Part shown: positions 17,473 through 26,608 of the stretch, one piece after another
Layout: every line of letters begins with the position of its first letter
Position numbering within the stretch: the first letter of the stretch is position 1
Assembly: GCA_963665125.2 (NCBI GenBank)
Contig: CAXXUK010000001.1
Span: 2,080,001 to 2,144,000, forward strand
Direction of reading: 5' to 3'
Length of the DNA: 64,000 nt
Origin: an uncultured Desulfarculus sp.
GTDB taxonomy: Bacteria > Desulfobacterota > Desulfarculia > Desulfarculales > Desulfarculaceae
Notes under the pieces: generated by a model
Database searches by the model: none
Seen by the model: the letters and a program-made list of their open reading frames with translations, nothing else
What the model was told of the DNA's origin: nothing
Position numbers and translations under genes: made by a program

Positions 17473-18627
17473 TTAGGCAATCACGATCATCGGCCAAGCA
17501 CCGCCGCCGCGTTGCTCCGCCGGTATGGACAACTGACTGTCCTTCATAAGACCCAGGATATCACCGCGCTTCAATCCGGGAAAAGCGATGATTTTCAGGG
17601 CGACCTGCCCACCGGCTTCGGACGAACCGGCAACCAGGGCGTTGAAGTCGGCGGCCAGGGCGGCGGCTGCTTGGGCGGCATTGTCCACGGCTTCGGCGCC
17701 CCAGGGGCCTTCGGCCAGTTGATTGAGCATTTTTTCGATGCCGTCGCGAATCGGATCCAGGCCGGATGCGCCGCCGTCTCCGGGGTCGGCGTATTTGGCC
17801 AGATCGATCTCGGCCACCAGTTGCACCAGGTCCGATCCCTTTTCCGGAGGAACGTCGTCAAACGGCGCCACGACCCCGGCTGCTGAGCGAAGCTCGGGCG
17901 GCTGGTCCTTCAGGCCCGCGTTGGCCCGGGCGGCCAGGATATCGATGGCCTGGGCATGGGTGGTGATCAGCCAGTCTTCGTTGTCGCCGAGGGTGGCCGC
18001 CAGGGTGGCCCAGGCCGACAGGCGGCTGGGCAGCAGGTGGTCGATGTTCTGGCTGTAATCCAGGGGCGGCAGGTCGTCCAGCCCGGCGTCTTCGTAGTCG
18101 GCCCGTTCGTGATCGTCCTCCATGTGGCCCATGGAGCGCTCCAGCTTTTCGCGGCCCTTCTCATACCCGCTGAGGGCGTTTTCCATTTCCACGGCCTGGG
18201 TGTCATGGATATGGGCCAGATGCAGCATCAGGTCGGCGGTGACCTCGGGCGTCTGCCTGGCGCTGGCCTTGGACTGGCCGTATGTTTTCAACTCGCCCAT
18301 GACCGAGCGCACGGTCTCGGGCGTTTCGGGCATGACGCCGGCCTTGAGGGCCTCGGCCAGGCCGGTGCCCTGGCTCTCGCGGACCCACTGCTCCCATTGG
18401 CGCAGGAGCATGGCCATGCGCTTGGGCTCGGCGTCGCCGGCCGCGTCCGCCCCCTGGTTAATGGCCGGGTGCAACACCTTCACCAAACCGGAGTCGGCGT
18501 CCGGCTCGGCCTTTTGGTCCAGACTGGGCGGAGCCAGCAGGCACACCGGTTTGAATAGCGGACTGATTTTGGCCAGGACCGACGGCCTGAGCACGGTATC
18601 TGGAAACATTATGACCGGCAGTGTCAT
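17473..18627 (-). CDS. hypothetical protein
   Basis: 384-aa ORF with host codon usage and a GAGG RBS; no recognised domain. Confidence 0.7.
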   Translation of the reverse strand: MTLPVIMFPDTVLRPSVLAKISPLFKPVCLLAPPSLDQKAEPDADSGLVKVLHPAINQGADAAGDAEPKRMAMLLRQWEQWVRESQGTGLAEALKAGVMPETPETVRSVMGELKTYGQSKASARQTPEVTADLMLHLAHIHDTQAVEMENALSGYEKGREKLERSMGHMEDDHERADYEDAGLDDLPPLDYSQNIDHLLPSRLSAWATLAATLGDNEDWLITTHAQAIDILAARANAGLKDQPPELRSAAGVVAPFDDVPPEKGSDLVQLVAEIDLAKYADPGDGGASGLDPIRDGIEKMLNQLAEGPWGAEAVDNAAQAAAALAADFNALVAGSSEAGGQVALKIIAFPGLKRGDILGLMKDSQLSIPAEQRGGGAWPMIVIA

Positions 18628-18730
18628 CTATCACCTCATGCCCCGCGCCCGGCTGCTGGTGACGCGTGGTTGTTGATGTGTTATGTTCAACTTCCGCCAA
18701 TGCGGCGGTGATGATTATACGGAGTCTATC

Positions 18731-18973
18731 ATGGATAGGAAAATCTTTGAAATGAGTCTGTCGGTTGAGGCGACGAGCCTGTATCTGCTGCTGGTGCCCC
18801 TGGCCGAAGGCGGTGTGCCCCTCAACCGTGACAGCGCCATGCAATTTTGGAATTCCAGCCAGGACAAACTCGATGACGCCGCCGAAGAATTGCTGGCCCG
18901 CTGCGTGATTCAGACTGTCATTTCCGGCGACTGGCTGTTGCTGCCGCCGACAAGCTGGGTTCAGCTTTCCTGA
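18731..18973 (+). CDS. small hypothetical protein, possible winged helix
   Basis: ATG 18731 after GGAG; LSVEATSLYLLL...L..A.EEL...VI pattern. Confidence 0.6.
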   Translation: MDRKIFEMSLSVEATSLYLLLVPLAEGGVPLNRDSAMQFWNSSQDKLDDAAEELLARCVIQTVISGDWLLLPPTSWVQLS

Positions 18974-18981
18974 AGCTATGA

Positions 18982-19308
18982 CTAGACGATGGTGATGATG
19001 CCCTCGACATGGCGCAGGGCTTCGTAAACCGCCAAGACCTGCTCGGACCCGGAAACATCCACCTCGATGGTGACTGACTCATATTTTCCGTTTGCCGACG
19101 GACGCACCCGGATATCCTTTTCCGGATCGACTTCGCCCAAGACCTTTTCGGCGGCCTTGCGTACGTCTTCCACAAAACCATCAGCGGCATAACCGATTGC
19201 CTTGAACATGTACGGTCCCGGAAAATCATGATGCTTTTCCAGGGCTTCCAGGGCCTCGGAACTGAGCATGGGCTGGCCGGAGCATTTACCGCAGGTGCAT
19301 TCGGTCAT
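18982..19308 (-). CDS. DUF493/YbeD family protein
   Basis: HDFPGPYMFKAIG and RPSANGKYESVTI motifs; start reassigned to ATG 19308. Confidence 0.85.
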   Translation of the reverse strand: MTECTCGKCSGQPMLSSEALEALEKHHDFPGPYMFKAIGYAADGFVEDVRKAAEKVLGEVDPEKDIRVRPSANGKYESVTIEVDVSGSEQVLAVYEALRHVEGIITIV

Positions 19309-19456
19309 ATTCCACCATCCGTCAAGCAGAAAAAATACGACATCTTCAACAGTTACATAATGTTTGATTTTACCCGCCGGGTTATTGGCTGTCAATTGAG
19401 CCCCGGCGTTGACACGGGCCTCCGCCAGGGCCCATGATGACGCCGGAGGCCGAACC

Positions 19457-20761
19457 TTGAGTACAAACGGACATATACTGATCATCATGACCCGCCTGCC
19501 CCGGCCGGGCCAAACCAAGACAAGGCTCGAGCCCGCCCTGGGCCCGGATGGCGCCGCAAAGCTGCAAAAAACCCTGACCAGGCGTCTGCTGGCCAGGGCC
19601 CGCCGCCTGACCTTGGGCGCCGGCGTCGAAATCCAGATCAGCCACACCGGCGGAACGGCCGCGGACATGTCCGCCTGGCTGGGCGACGACCTCGTGTATC
19701 ACCAGCAGCGGGGCGAAGGCCTTGGGGCGCGCATGGCCGGAGCCTTTGAGCACGCCTTTGGCCGGGGAGCCCGCCGGGTGGTCATGGTGGGTTGCGACTG
19801 CCCCCAGGTGGACGAAAAGTTACTGGAACAGGCCTTTTCTCTACTAGAGCTCAACGACCTGGTGCTTGGCCCGGCCACTGACGGCGGTTACTACCTCATC
19901 GGCCTGTCGCGGCCCGCCCCGGATCTTTTTAACGGCCCTGCCTGGGGCACGGAGTCGGTCTTTGACCAGACATTGTGCATCGCCGCCGGCCTGGGTCTGA
20001 GCCATGAAACCGTGGACCGGCTCAGCGATATCGACCGGCCCGAGGATCTGACCTTGTGGCGGGAGCTGGCCCTGCGGGACGCAGAGAAAATTTCAGTGAT
20101 CATCCCGGCCCTCAATGAAGCGGAAAATATCGACAGGACCATACGGTCGGCCATTGATGAGGCCTTTGAGGTCATCGTGGCCGACGGCGGCAGCGGTGAC
20201 GAAACTACGGCTTTGGCCCGTCAGGCCGGGGCCCTGGCCATGGACGCACTCAAAGGCCGGGCCCGCCAGATGAACGCCGGGGCGCGCCTGGCCAAGGGTG
20301 GCGTATTGCTGTTTCTGCACGCCGACACCCTGCTGCGGCCGGGCTGGGCCGCTGAAGTGCGGTGTATCCTGGCCGATGAACGCAACGCCGCCGGGGCCTT
20401 CAGCTTCAAGCTGGACGCCGACAGCCCGTGGCTGCGCCTCACCGAATGGGGCGTGGCCCGGCGCTGTGAATACGGCCAAATGCCCTACGGCGATCAAGGC
20501 CTGTTTTTGCGCGCCGATGATTTTTGGGATGCCGGCGGCTACCCGGACCAGCCAATAATGGAAGACTGGGAACTGATAAAGGCCATGCAAAGGCGCGGCC
20601 GCATCGCAATCAGTCCGTTGGAGGCAGTCACCTCGGCCCGGCGCTGGCAGCGCGGCGGCGGCATCCGGGTGTGGGTAATGAATCAAGTGGTGGTGGGGGC
20701 CTATTACCTGGGCGTGAACAGGTATCGACTGCGAAACTGGTATGACAAGATTACAAAGTGA
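19457..20761 (+). CDS. fused TIGR04282 (DUF2064) + TIGR04283 (GT2) glycosyltransferase
   Basis: N-half PGQTKTRL, QRGEGLGARM, GPATDGGYYLIG, DIDRPEDL; C-half ISVIIPALNE, GRARQMNAGA, LFLHADT, YGDQG, TSARRW; TTG start after GGAGG. Confidence 0.88.
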   Translation: MSTNGHILIIMTRLPRPGQTKTRLEPALGPDGAAKLQKTLTRRLLARARRLTLGAGVEIQISHTGGTAADMSAWLGDDLVYHQQRGEGLGARMAGAFEHAFGRGARRVVMVGCDCPQVDEKLLEQAFSLLELNDLVLGPATDGGYYLIGLSRPAPDLFNGPAWGTESVFDQTLCIAAGLGLSHETVDRLSDIDRPEDLTLWRELALRDAEKISVIIPALNEAENIDRTIRSAIDEAFEVIVADGGSGDETTALARQAGALAMDALKGRARQMNAGARLAKGGVLLFLHADTLLRPGWAAEVRCILADERNAAGAFSFKLDADSPWLRLTEWGVARRCEYGQMPYGDQGLFLRADDFWDAGGYPDQPIMEDWELIKAMQRRGRIAISPLEAVTSARRWQRGGGIRVWVMNQVVVGAYYLGVNRYRLRNWYDKITK

Positions 20762-20883
20762 TATCAGCTTCCGCAAAAAGGTCCAACTCTCTTGACAGAG
20801 CAATTGTAGAGGTGCATGTTTGGGCATGCGGTGAACCACGCAAGCCACCGCAACGAGCCAACCGCAGGGGAAAGGCCGATATC

Positions 20884-21732
20884 TTGTCAGACTTGCGAAC
20901 CATTGACGTCGGCCGCATAACCGATAAAATCGCTAGGCTATGCGGCGAGGCGGCGTTTGAGCTGCCCGACGACGTCCGGCAGGCCATAAAAAAGGCCTCG
21001 CAAAACGAACCTTCACCAGTGGGCCGGGAAGTCCTGGGCCGCCTGATCGATAACGCCGACGTAGCCTCGGCAGAAAAACTGCCGATCTGCCAGGATTGCG
21101 GATTGGCCGTGGTCTACCTGGACATTGGCCAGGACGTGCACCTGATTGGCGGCGACGTGACCGAAGCCGCCAATGAAGGCGTTCGCCGAGGTTATCAGGA
21201 CAACTATCTTCGCAAAAGCGTTTGCCATCCCTTTACCAGGGCCAACACCGGCGACAACACACCGGCCGTGGTCAATATCCGCGTGGTTCCCGGCAACCAG
21301 GTGCATATCTACCTGATGCCCAAGGGCGGCGGCAGCGAGAACATGAGCCGGGTGTATCTGCTCACCCCGGCCCAGGGCCGCCAGGGCGTCGTCGACATGG
21401 TCCGGGAAACCGTACTCAACGCGGGGCCCAACCCCTGCCCGCCCATCATCGTGGGCGTAGCCGTGGGCGGTACCTTTGACCAGGCCGCCAAGAACGCCAA
21501 ACGCACCTTCCTGCGCGAGCTGGGCTCGCTCAACCCCGACCCGGAGGCCGCGGCCCTTGAGGCCGAACTGCTGGAGATAATCAACTCCATTGGCATCGGC
21601 CCGGCCGGGCTGGGCGGCGGAGTCACCGCCCTGGGCGTTTTCGCGGATATCCAGCCCTGTCACATCGCCAGCCTGCCGGTGGCCGTCAATATCCAGTGCC
21701 ACGCGGCGCGCCACAAGGAGGCCGTGCTGTGA
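20884..21732 (+). CDS. class I Fe-S fumarate hydratase (tartrate/fumarate family), alpha subunit
   Basis: PICQDCG, PKGGGSEN, NPCPP and PCHIASLPVAVNIQCH motifs; start probably TTG 20884. Confidence 0.92.
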   Translation: MSDLRTIDVGRITDKIARLCGEAAFELPDDVRQAIKKASQNEPSPVGREVLGRLIDNADVASAEKLPICQDCGLAVVYLDIGQDVHLIGGDVTEAANEGVRRGYQDNYLRKSVCHPFTRANTGDNTPAVVNIRVVPGNQVHIYLMPKGGGSENMSRVYLLTPAQGRQGVVDMVRETVLNAGPNPCPPIIVGVAVGGTFDQAAKNAKRTFLRELGSLNPDPEAAALEAELLEIINSIGIGPAGLGGGVTALGVFADIQPCHIASLPVAVNIQCHAARHKEAVL

Positions 21733-22286
21733 GCGAGATCAAACGACTTACGCCTCCGCTGACCGACGAAGACATTGCCGCCCTCAAAAGCGGAGACAGG
21801 GTGCTGTTGTCGGGCACCATCTACACCGGCCGGGACGCGGCCCACAAGCGCATCGTCGACGCCCTGCACGAAGGCAAAAACCCGCCGTTCGACCTGCAAG
21901 GCGCGGTGATTTTTTATGTCGGCCCCTCGCCGCCACCGCCGGGCCGGGTCATCGGAGCGGCAGGCCCCACCACCAGTTACCGCATGGACGCCTACGCCCC
22001 GGAGCTGATCAGTCGGGGTCTCAAGGCCATGATCGGCAAGGGCAGCCGCAATGACGGCGTCAAGCAGGCCATGGGCCAGTACAAGGCCGTATATCTGGCG
22101 GCAATCGGCGGAGCCGGGGCCCTGATGGCCAATTGCATTAAAAAAGCGGAAGTGATCGCATACGACGATCTGGGGCCCGAGGCCGTGCGCAAGCTGGAGG
22201 TCGAGGACATGCCCCTGTTCGTGGTCAACGATATTTACGGCGCGGACTTGTATCAACAAGGCCGGGCCGAATACGAAAAGAAATAG
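21729..22286 (+). CDS. class I fumarate hydratase, beta subunit
   Basis: TGRDAAHKR, GPTTSYRMD and MIGKG motifs; GTGA overlap with the alpha subunit. Confidence 0.92.
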   Translation: MSEIKRLTPPLTDEDIAALKSGDRVLLSGTIYTGRDAAHKRIVDALHEGKNPPFDLQGAVIFYVGPSPPPPGRVIGAAGPTTSYRMDAYAPELISRGLKAMIGKGSRNDGVKQAMGQYKAVYLAAIGGAGALMANCIKKAEVIAYDDLGPEAVRKLEVEDMPLFVVNDIYGADLYQQGRAEYEKK

Positions 22287-22332
22287 GCACAACAAACGGC
22301 GCAACCCGCAGGCGCGCCAAAAAGGAGAAGCA

Positions 22333-22713
22333 ATGAAAGCCTATCCACCAAAGGTGCGATACCGGCTGCACGCGGGCTACATCGCCTGGCTGTTGCAGCG
22401 CATCTCCGGATTGGCCCTGGTCCTGTACCTGGTCATGCACGTCTACGTGATCCACAACATTTCCAGAGGCCGCGAGGCATTCAACGAGATCATGGGTATC
22501 GTCCAGTCGCCGCTGTTTCACCTGGCCGAGGTGGCCCTGTTGGGCGCCGTGGCCTACCACGGCATCAACGGCATCCGCGTAGTCCTTTTAGACTACGGCA
22601 AGGCCGCGGACAAGGACAAGATCAAGCCCTGGGTGTTGGGCGCCATGGCCGTCAGCGCCGTATTGATCATCGCCGGCGGCATCCCCATGCTCAAACTGGC
22701 CCTGCAGCACTAG
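22333..22713 (+). CDS. sdhC: succinate dehydrogenase cytochrome b subunit
   Basis: 3 TM; QRISG and YHGINGIR motifs. Confidence 0.9.
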   Translation: MKAYPPKVRYRLHAGYIAWLLQRISGLALVLYLVMHVYVIHNISRGREAFNEIMGIVQSPLFHLAEVALLGAVAYHGINGIRVVLLDYGKAADKDKIKPWVLGAMAVSAVLIIAGGIPMLKLALQH

Positions 22714-22722
22714 GAGGACAAC

Positions 22723-23091
22723 ATGCGCTTTCTCGGATCCGGCCGCAGCGGCACGTTTGAATGGCTGTTCCAGCGCGTCAGCGGCGTGGCCCTGGTGCTC
22801 CTGCTGGGCTTCCACTTTATCTTGATTCACTTTACCGGCGATCCCGGCCCGGTAACATATGACAAGGTCGCTCCCCGTCTGGCCAGCCCCCTATACAAGG
22901 CCTGGGAGCTTTTGTTCCTGGTGCTGGCCCTGTACCACGCCATGACCGGCCTCAAGCTGGTGCTCGACGACTATGTGCACAACCACAACGCGCGCATCTG
23001 GCTCAATGGTCTGGTATGGGTGGCGGCCCTCGCCTTGTTGATCTTCGGGTCCCTGACCATTATCACCTTCAGTTATCAGCCGGGAGCGTAG
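22723..23091 (+). CDS. sdhD: succinate dehydrogenase hydrophobic anchor subunit
   Basis: 3 TM; WLFQRVSG and YHAMTGL..VLDDY motifs. Confidence 0.9.
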   Translation: MRFLGSGRSGTFEWLFQRVSGVALVLLLGFHFILIHFTGDPGPVTYDKVAPRLASPLYKAWELLFLVLALYHAMTGLKLVLDDYVHNHNARIWLNGLVWVAALALLIFGSLTIITFSYQPGA

Positions 23092-23095
23092 CGAT

Positions 23096-24874
23096 ATGTC
23101 CATCAATACAACAATCACCACCCACCGCGTCGAGGCACTGGTCGTCGGCGCGGGCGGAGCGGGCATGCGCGCGGCCCTGGAGGCCGGCGGCAGCGTGGAC
23201 ACGGCCGTCATCAGCCAGGTCTTCCCCACCCGCAGCCATACGGTTAGCGCCCAGGGTGGCATCGGCGCCAGCCTGAGCAACGTGGAGCCCGACTCCTGGC
23301 ATTTCCACATGTACGACACGGTCAAAGGCTCCGACTGGCTGGGCGACCAGGACGCCATCGAGTTCATGTGCCGGGAGGCCCCGGACGTGGTCATCGAACT
23401 GGAACATATGGGCCTGCCCTTCAGCCGCCTGGACGACGGCCGTATCTACCAGCGCCGTTTCGGCGGCCACACCCGGGACTACGGCGAGGCGGCGGTTTGC
23501 CGCAGCTGCGCCGCGGCCGACCGCACGGGCCACGCCATGCTACACACCCTCTTTGAGGAGTGCCTGCGCAGGGGCGTGAAATTTTTCAACGAATATTACA
23601 TGCTCGAACTCATCGTCAATCAGGGCGTGGTCTGCGGCGTGCTGGCCTGGGACATGATCAAGGGCGGGTTCCACCTGTTCCACGCCAAGGCCACGCTTTT
23701 TGCCACGGGCGGCTACAGCCGCACCTTCCGCACCACCAGCAACGCCCACATCTGTTCGGGCGACGGCGCGGCCCTGGCCATGCGCTCGGGCGTCGTGGCC
23801 CAGGACCTGGAGTTTTTGCAGTTCCATCCCACGGGCATCTACGGCGCGGGCAACCTGATCACCGAGGGCGTGCGCGGCGAGGGCGGCGTGCTGATCAACG
23901 GCGAAGGCGACAAGTTCATGGTCAAGTATGCGCCCAAGATCAAGGACCTGGCCAGCCGCGACGTGGTCAGCCGGGCCATGGCCGAGGAAATGCGCCACGG
24001 CCGGGGCTGCGGGCCCAACAAGGACCACCTGCTTTTGGACATGAGCCCCATTGGCGCGGAAAAGATCATGAAGCTGCTGCCGGGCATCCATGAGCTGACC
24101 GAGGTCTTCGCCGGGGTCGACTGCACCAAGGACCCCATACCGGTGACGCCGACAGCCCACTATTCCATGGGCGGCATCCCCACCAACTATCACGCCGAGG
24201 TGGTCATCCCCGGCGCGGACGGGCCAGAAACCATTGTTCCGGGCTTCTACGCGGCGGGTGAGGCGGCCTGCGCCAGCGTGCACGGGGCCAACCGCCTGGG
24301 CACCAACTCCCTGTTGGACCTGATGGTCTTCGGCCGCGAAGGCGGCAAACAGATGGCCCGCTTTGCCAAGGGCATGGAATCATGGCCCGAGCTGCCCAAA
24401 AACGCCGGGGGCACGGGCGTGGCCGAGGTGGAGCATCTGATGAACGGCGGTGGCGGCACCCGCATGGGCCCGCTCATGGAGCAGATGCGCCTGGACATGG
24501 AAAACCACTGCGGCGTTTTCCGTACGGCCGACGAACTGGGCCAACTCACCGACAAACTGGCCGCCCACAGGAAGTCCTACAAGGACGTGGGCATCCAGGA
24601 CAAGGGTTTGGCCTACAACCTGGACCTCATCGAGGCCCTGGAGTTGGGCCACATGCTCGACGTGGCCACGGCCATCTGCGCCGGAGCTCTGGCCCGCCAG
24701 GAAAGCCGCGGCGGCCATTACCGCGACGACTTCCCCAAGCGCGACGACCAAAACTGGCACAAGCACACCCTGGCCAGCCTCAACGCCGACGGCACGGTGA
24801 GCCTTGACTACAAACCGGTGCGCATGAAACCGCTGAGCGTGCCAACCGTTGAACTTGCCGAACGGGTGTATTAG
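23096..24874 (+). CDS. sdhA: succinate dehydrogenase flavoprotein subunit
   Basis: GAGGAG, RSHTVSAQGG (covalent FAD His), QFHPTG and HGANRLGTNSL motifs. Confidence 0.97.
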   Translation: MSINTTITTHRVEALVVGAGGAGMRAALEAGGSVDTAVISQVFPTRSHTVSAQGGIGASLSNVEPDSWHFHMYDTVKGSDWLGDQDAIEFMCREAPDVVIELEHMGLPFSRLDDGRIYQRRFGGHTRDYGEAAVCRSCAAADRTGHAMLHTLFEECLRRGVKFFNEYYMLELIVNQGVVCGVLAWDMIKGGFHLFHAKATLFATGGYSRTFRTTSNAHICSGDGAALAMRSGVVAQDLEFLQFHPTGIYGAGNLITEGVRGEGGVLINGEGDKFMVKYAPKIKDLASRDVVSRAMAEEMRHGRGCGPNKDHLLLDMSPIGAEKIMKLLPGIHELTEVFAGVDCTKDPIPVTPTAHYSMGGIPTNYHAEVVIPGADGPETIVPGFYAAGEAACASVHGANRLGTNSLLDLMVFGREGGKQMARFAKGMESWPELPKNAGGTGVAEVEHLMNGGGGTRMGPLMEQMRLDMENHCGVFRTADELGQLTDKLAAHRKSYKDVGIQDKGLAYNLDLIEALELGHMLDVATAICAGALARQESRGGHYRDDFPKRDDQNWHKHTLASLNADGTVSLDYKPVRMKPLSVPTVELAERVY

Positions 24875-24883
24875 GAGGGGGTC

Positions 24884-25594
24884 ATGGAAAAAGTAACATT
24901 CACTATTTTGCGCTATGACCCTGAAAACGGCAAAAAGCCTTATTATCAGGATTTCGAGGTGACGTTGGAGCGTCCGGGCATGATGATCCTGGACGGCCTG
25001 AACCAGATCCGCTGGGAACTCGACGGCACCCTGGCCTACCGCCGCTCCTGCCGCGAGGGCGTGTGCGGCTCCGACGGCGTCAACGTCAACGGCGTGAACA
25101 TGCTCACCTGCGTGACCCATATCAGTGACGTGGTCAAAAAGGGCAAGCTGGTGATCCAGCCCCTTCCCGGCCTGCCCCTGATCAAGGACCTGGTGGTGGA
25201 CCTGGACGACTTCCTGCAGAAATACTTCACGGTCAAACCGTACTTGATCACCAAGTCGCCGCCGCCGGTGCGCGAACGCCTGCAATCGCCCGAGGAGCGC
25301 AAAAAGCTAGACGGCCTGTACGAGTGCATCCTTTGCGCCTGCTGCTCCAGTTCGTGCCCCTCGTATTGGGCCCATCCGGATTATATGGGCCCCAGCGCCA
25401 TGCTCAACGTGGCCCGGTTCGTGGAAGATTCCCGGGACGAGGGAATCGAGGAGCGGCTGGACATGCTGGAGGGCCGCACGGGCGTGTGGCGCTGCCACAC
25501 CATCCTCAACTGCGTGGAAGCATGCCCCAAGAACCTCAACCCGACCCAGGCCATCGGCACCCTGAAAAAGCTGATGGTGCAACGCCGTTTCTAG
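24884..25594 (+). CDS. sdhB: succinate dehydrogenase iron-sulfur subunit
   Basis: SCREGVCGSD, CILCACCSSSCP and CHTILNCVEACP motifs. Confidence 0.97.
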   Translation: MEKVTFTILRYDPENGKKPYYQDFEVTLERPGMMILDGLNQIRWELDGTLAYRRSCREGVCGSDGVNVNGVNMLTCVTHISDVVKKGKLVIQPLPGLPLIKDLVVDLDDFLQKYFTVKPYLITKSPPPVRERLQSPEERKKLDGLYECILCACCSSSCPSYWAHPDYMGPSAMLNVARFVEDSRDEGIEERLDMLEGRTGVWRCHTILNCVEACPKNLNPTQAIGTLKKLMVQRRF

Positions 25595-25626
25595 CAGCAA
25601 GACCTCGGCTTTACTTGAACGCCGTA

Positions 25627-25656
25627 CCCCGTCCCCACCGTGGGGCGGGGTGTTTT
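25627..25656 (+). terminator. probable terminator between sdhB and sdhE
   Basis: CCCCGTCCCCAC-C-GTGGGGCGGGG followed by TGTTTT. Confidence 0.55.
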
Positions 25657-25657
25657 A

Positions 25658-25960
25658 ATGAACGGACGAACCGTGGAAAACCTGAACGCACGAAAAAGGG
25701 CTCTACGCATGCGGGCCGGACGCCGGGGCTACCTGGAGGTGGAGCTTGTCATGCGGCCGTTTCTGGACAGCCGTCTGGATGCTCTTACCGAAGCCGAAGT
25801 GACCCAGCTGGAGGTCCTGGCCGAGCTGGAAGACCTGGAGTTGTGGGAAGTGATCAGCGGCAAAAAAAAGCCGCCCCAGGGCGTACCAATCGAGTTGGTA
25901 AAGCGGATTCGCACGTCTCCAATACTTCCAGACACGCACTCACCGGATGAATCTAATTGA
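25658..25960 (+). CDS. sdhE: succinate dehydrogenase flavin assembly factor (SdhE/Sdh5/SDHAF2)
   Basis: RRGYLEVEL fits the RGxxE motif; L...D.EL..VISG; directly after sdhB. Confidence 0.8.
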   Translation: MNGRTVENLNARKRALRMRAGRRGYLEVELVMRPFLDSRLDALTEAEVTQLEVLAELEDLELWEVISGKKKPPQGVPIELVKRIRTSPILPDTHSPDESN

Positions 25961-25985
25961 CATAACCGCCGCCTTGTTCTATTGT
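25957..25985 (+). promoter_or_regulatory. sigma70-type promoter of hpt
   Basis: TTGACA-N17-TATTGT about 65 bp upstream of hpt. Confidence 0.6.
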
Positions 25986-26049
25986 AAGCGTGAATAATTA
26001 TTAAATCCAGGCGGTTAAAACGTCTGGGCCTTTTCCTGCGAGGCCACCG

Positions 26050-26592
26050 GTGACCGAAGAAAAAGTCACGCTTCACCCTGTAATCACTCCGGACCAAATC
26101 CGTAAACGAGTGGAAGAGTTGGCCGTTGCCATTAAAAAGGACCTCGGGCCGGAAAAACCGGTGCTTTTGGGCATACTCAAAGGCTGTTTCATGTTTTTCA
26201 CCGATCTCGCCCGCCAACTCGACATGGACGTGGACGTCGATTTCGTGCGCCTGGCCTCTTATGGATCAAGTGACCAGAGTTCCGGTGAAATCAACATGGT
26301 CAAGGCGCCGGAAATGAATTTCGAGGGCCGCACGGTCCTCATCGTGGAGGACATCGTCGATACAGGCCTGACCCTGGCCTGGCTCAAGGATCACCTGGAA
26401 GGATTCAACGCCAAGCAGGTAAAAATCTGCGCGTTCATCGACAAGGCCGAACGCCGCCAAATAGACGTCAAGGTCGATTATGTCGGTTTCAAGGTGCCTG
26501 AGGGCTTCCTGGTGGGCTATGGGCTGGACTACAATGAAAAATATCGCAACTTGTCCGGGGTGTTTGAGTTGCGCTTCAATTCCGACAAATGA
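26050..26592 (+). CDS. hpt: hypoxanthine phosphoribosyltransferase
   Basis: GILKG, VLIVEDIVDTGLTL and FLVGYGLDY motifs. Confidence 0.95.
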   Translation: MTEEKVTLHPVITPDQIRKRVEELAVAIKKDLGPEKPVLLGILKGCFMFFTDLARQLDMDVDVDFVRLASYGSSDQSSGEINMVKAPEMNFEGRTVLIVEDIVDTGLTLAWLKDHLEGFNAKQVKICAFIDKAERRQIDVKVDYVGFKVPEGFLVGYGLDYNEKYRNLSGVFELRFNSDK

Positions 26593-26608
26593 TGGCAGAG
26601 GTTGAGCC

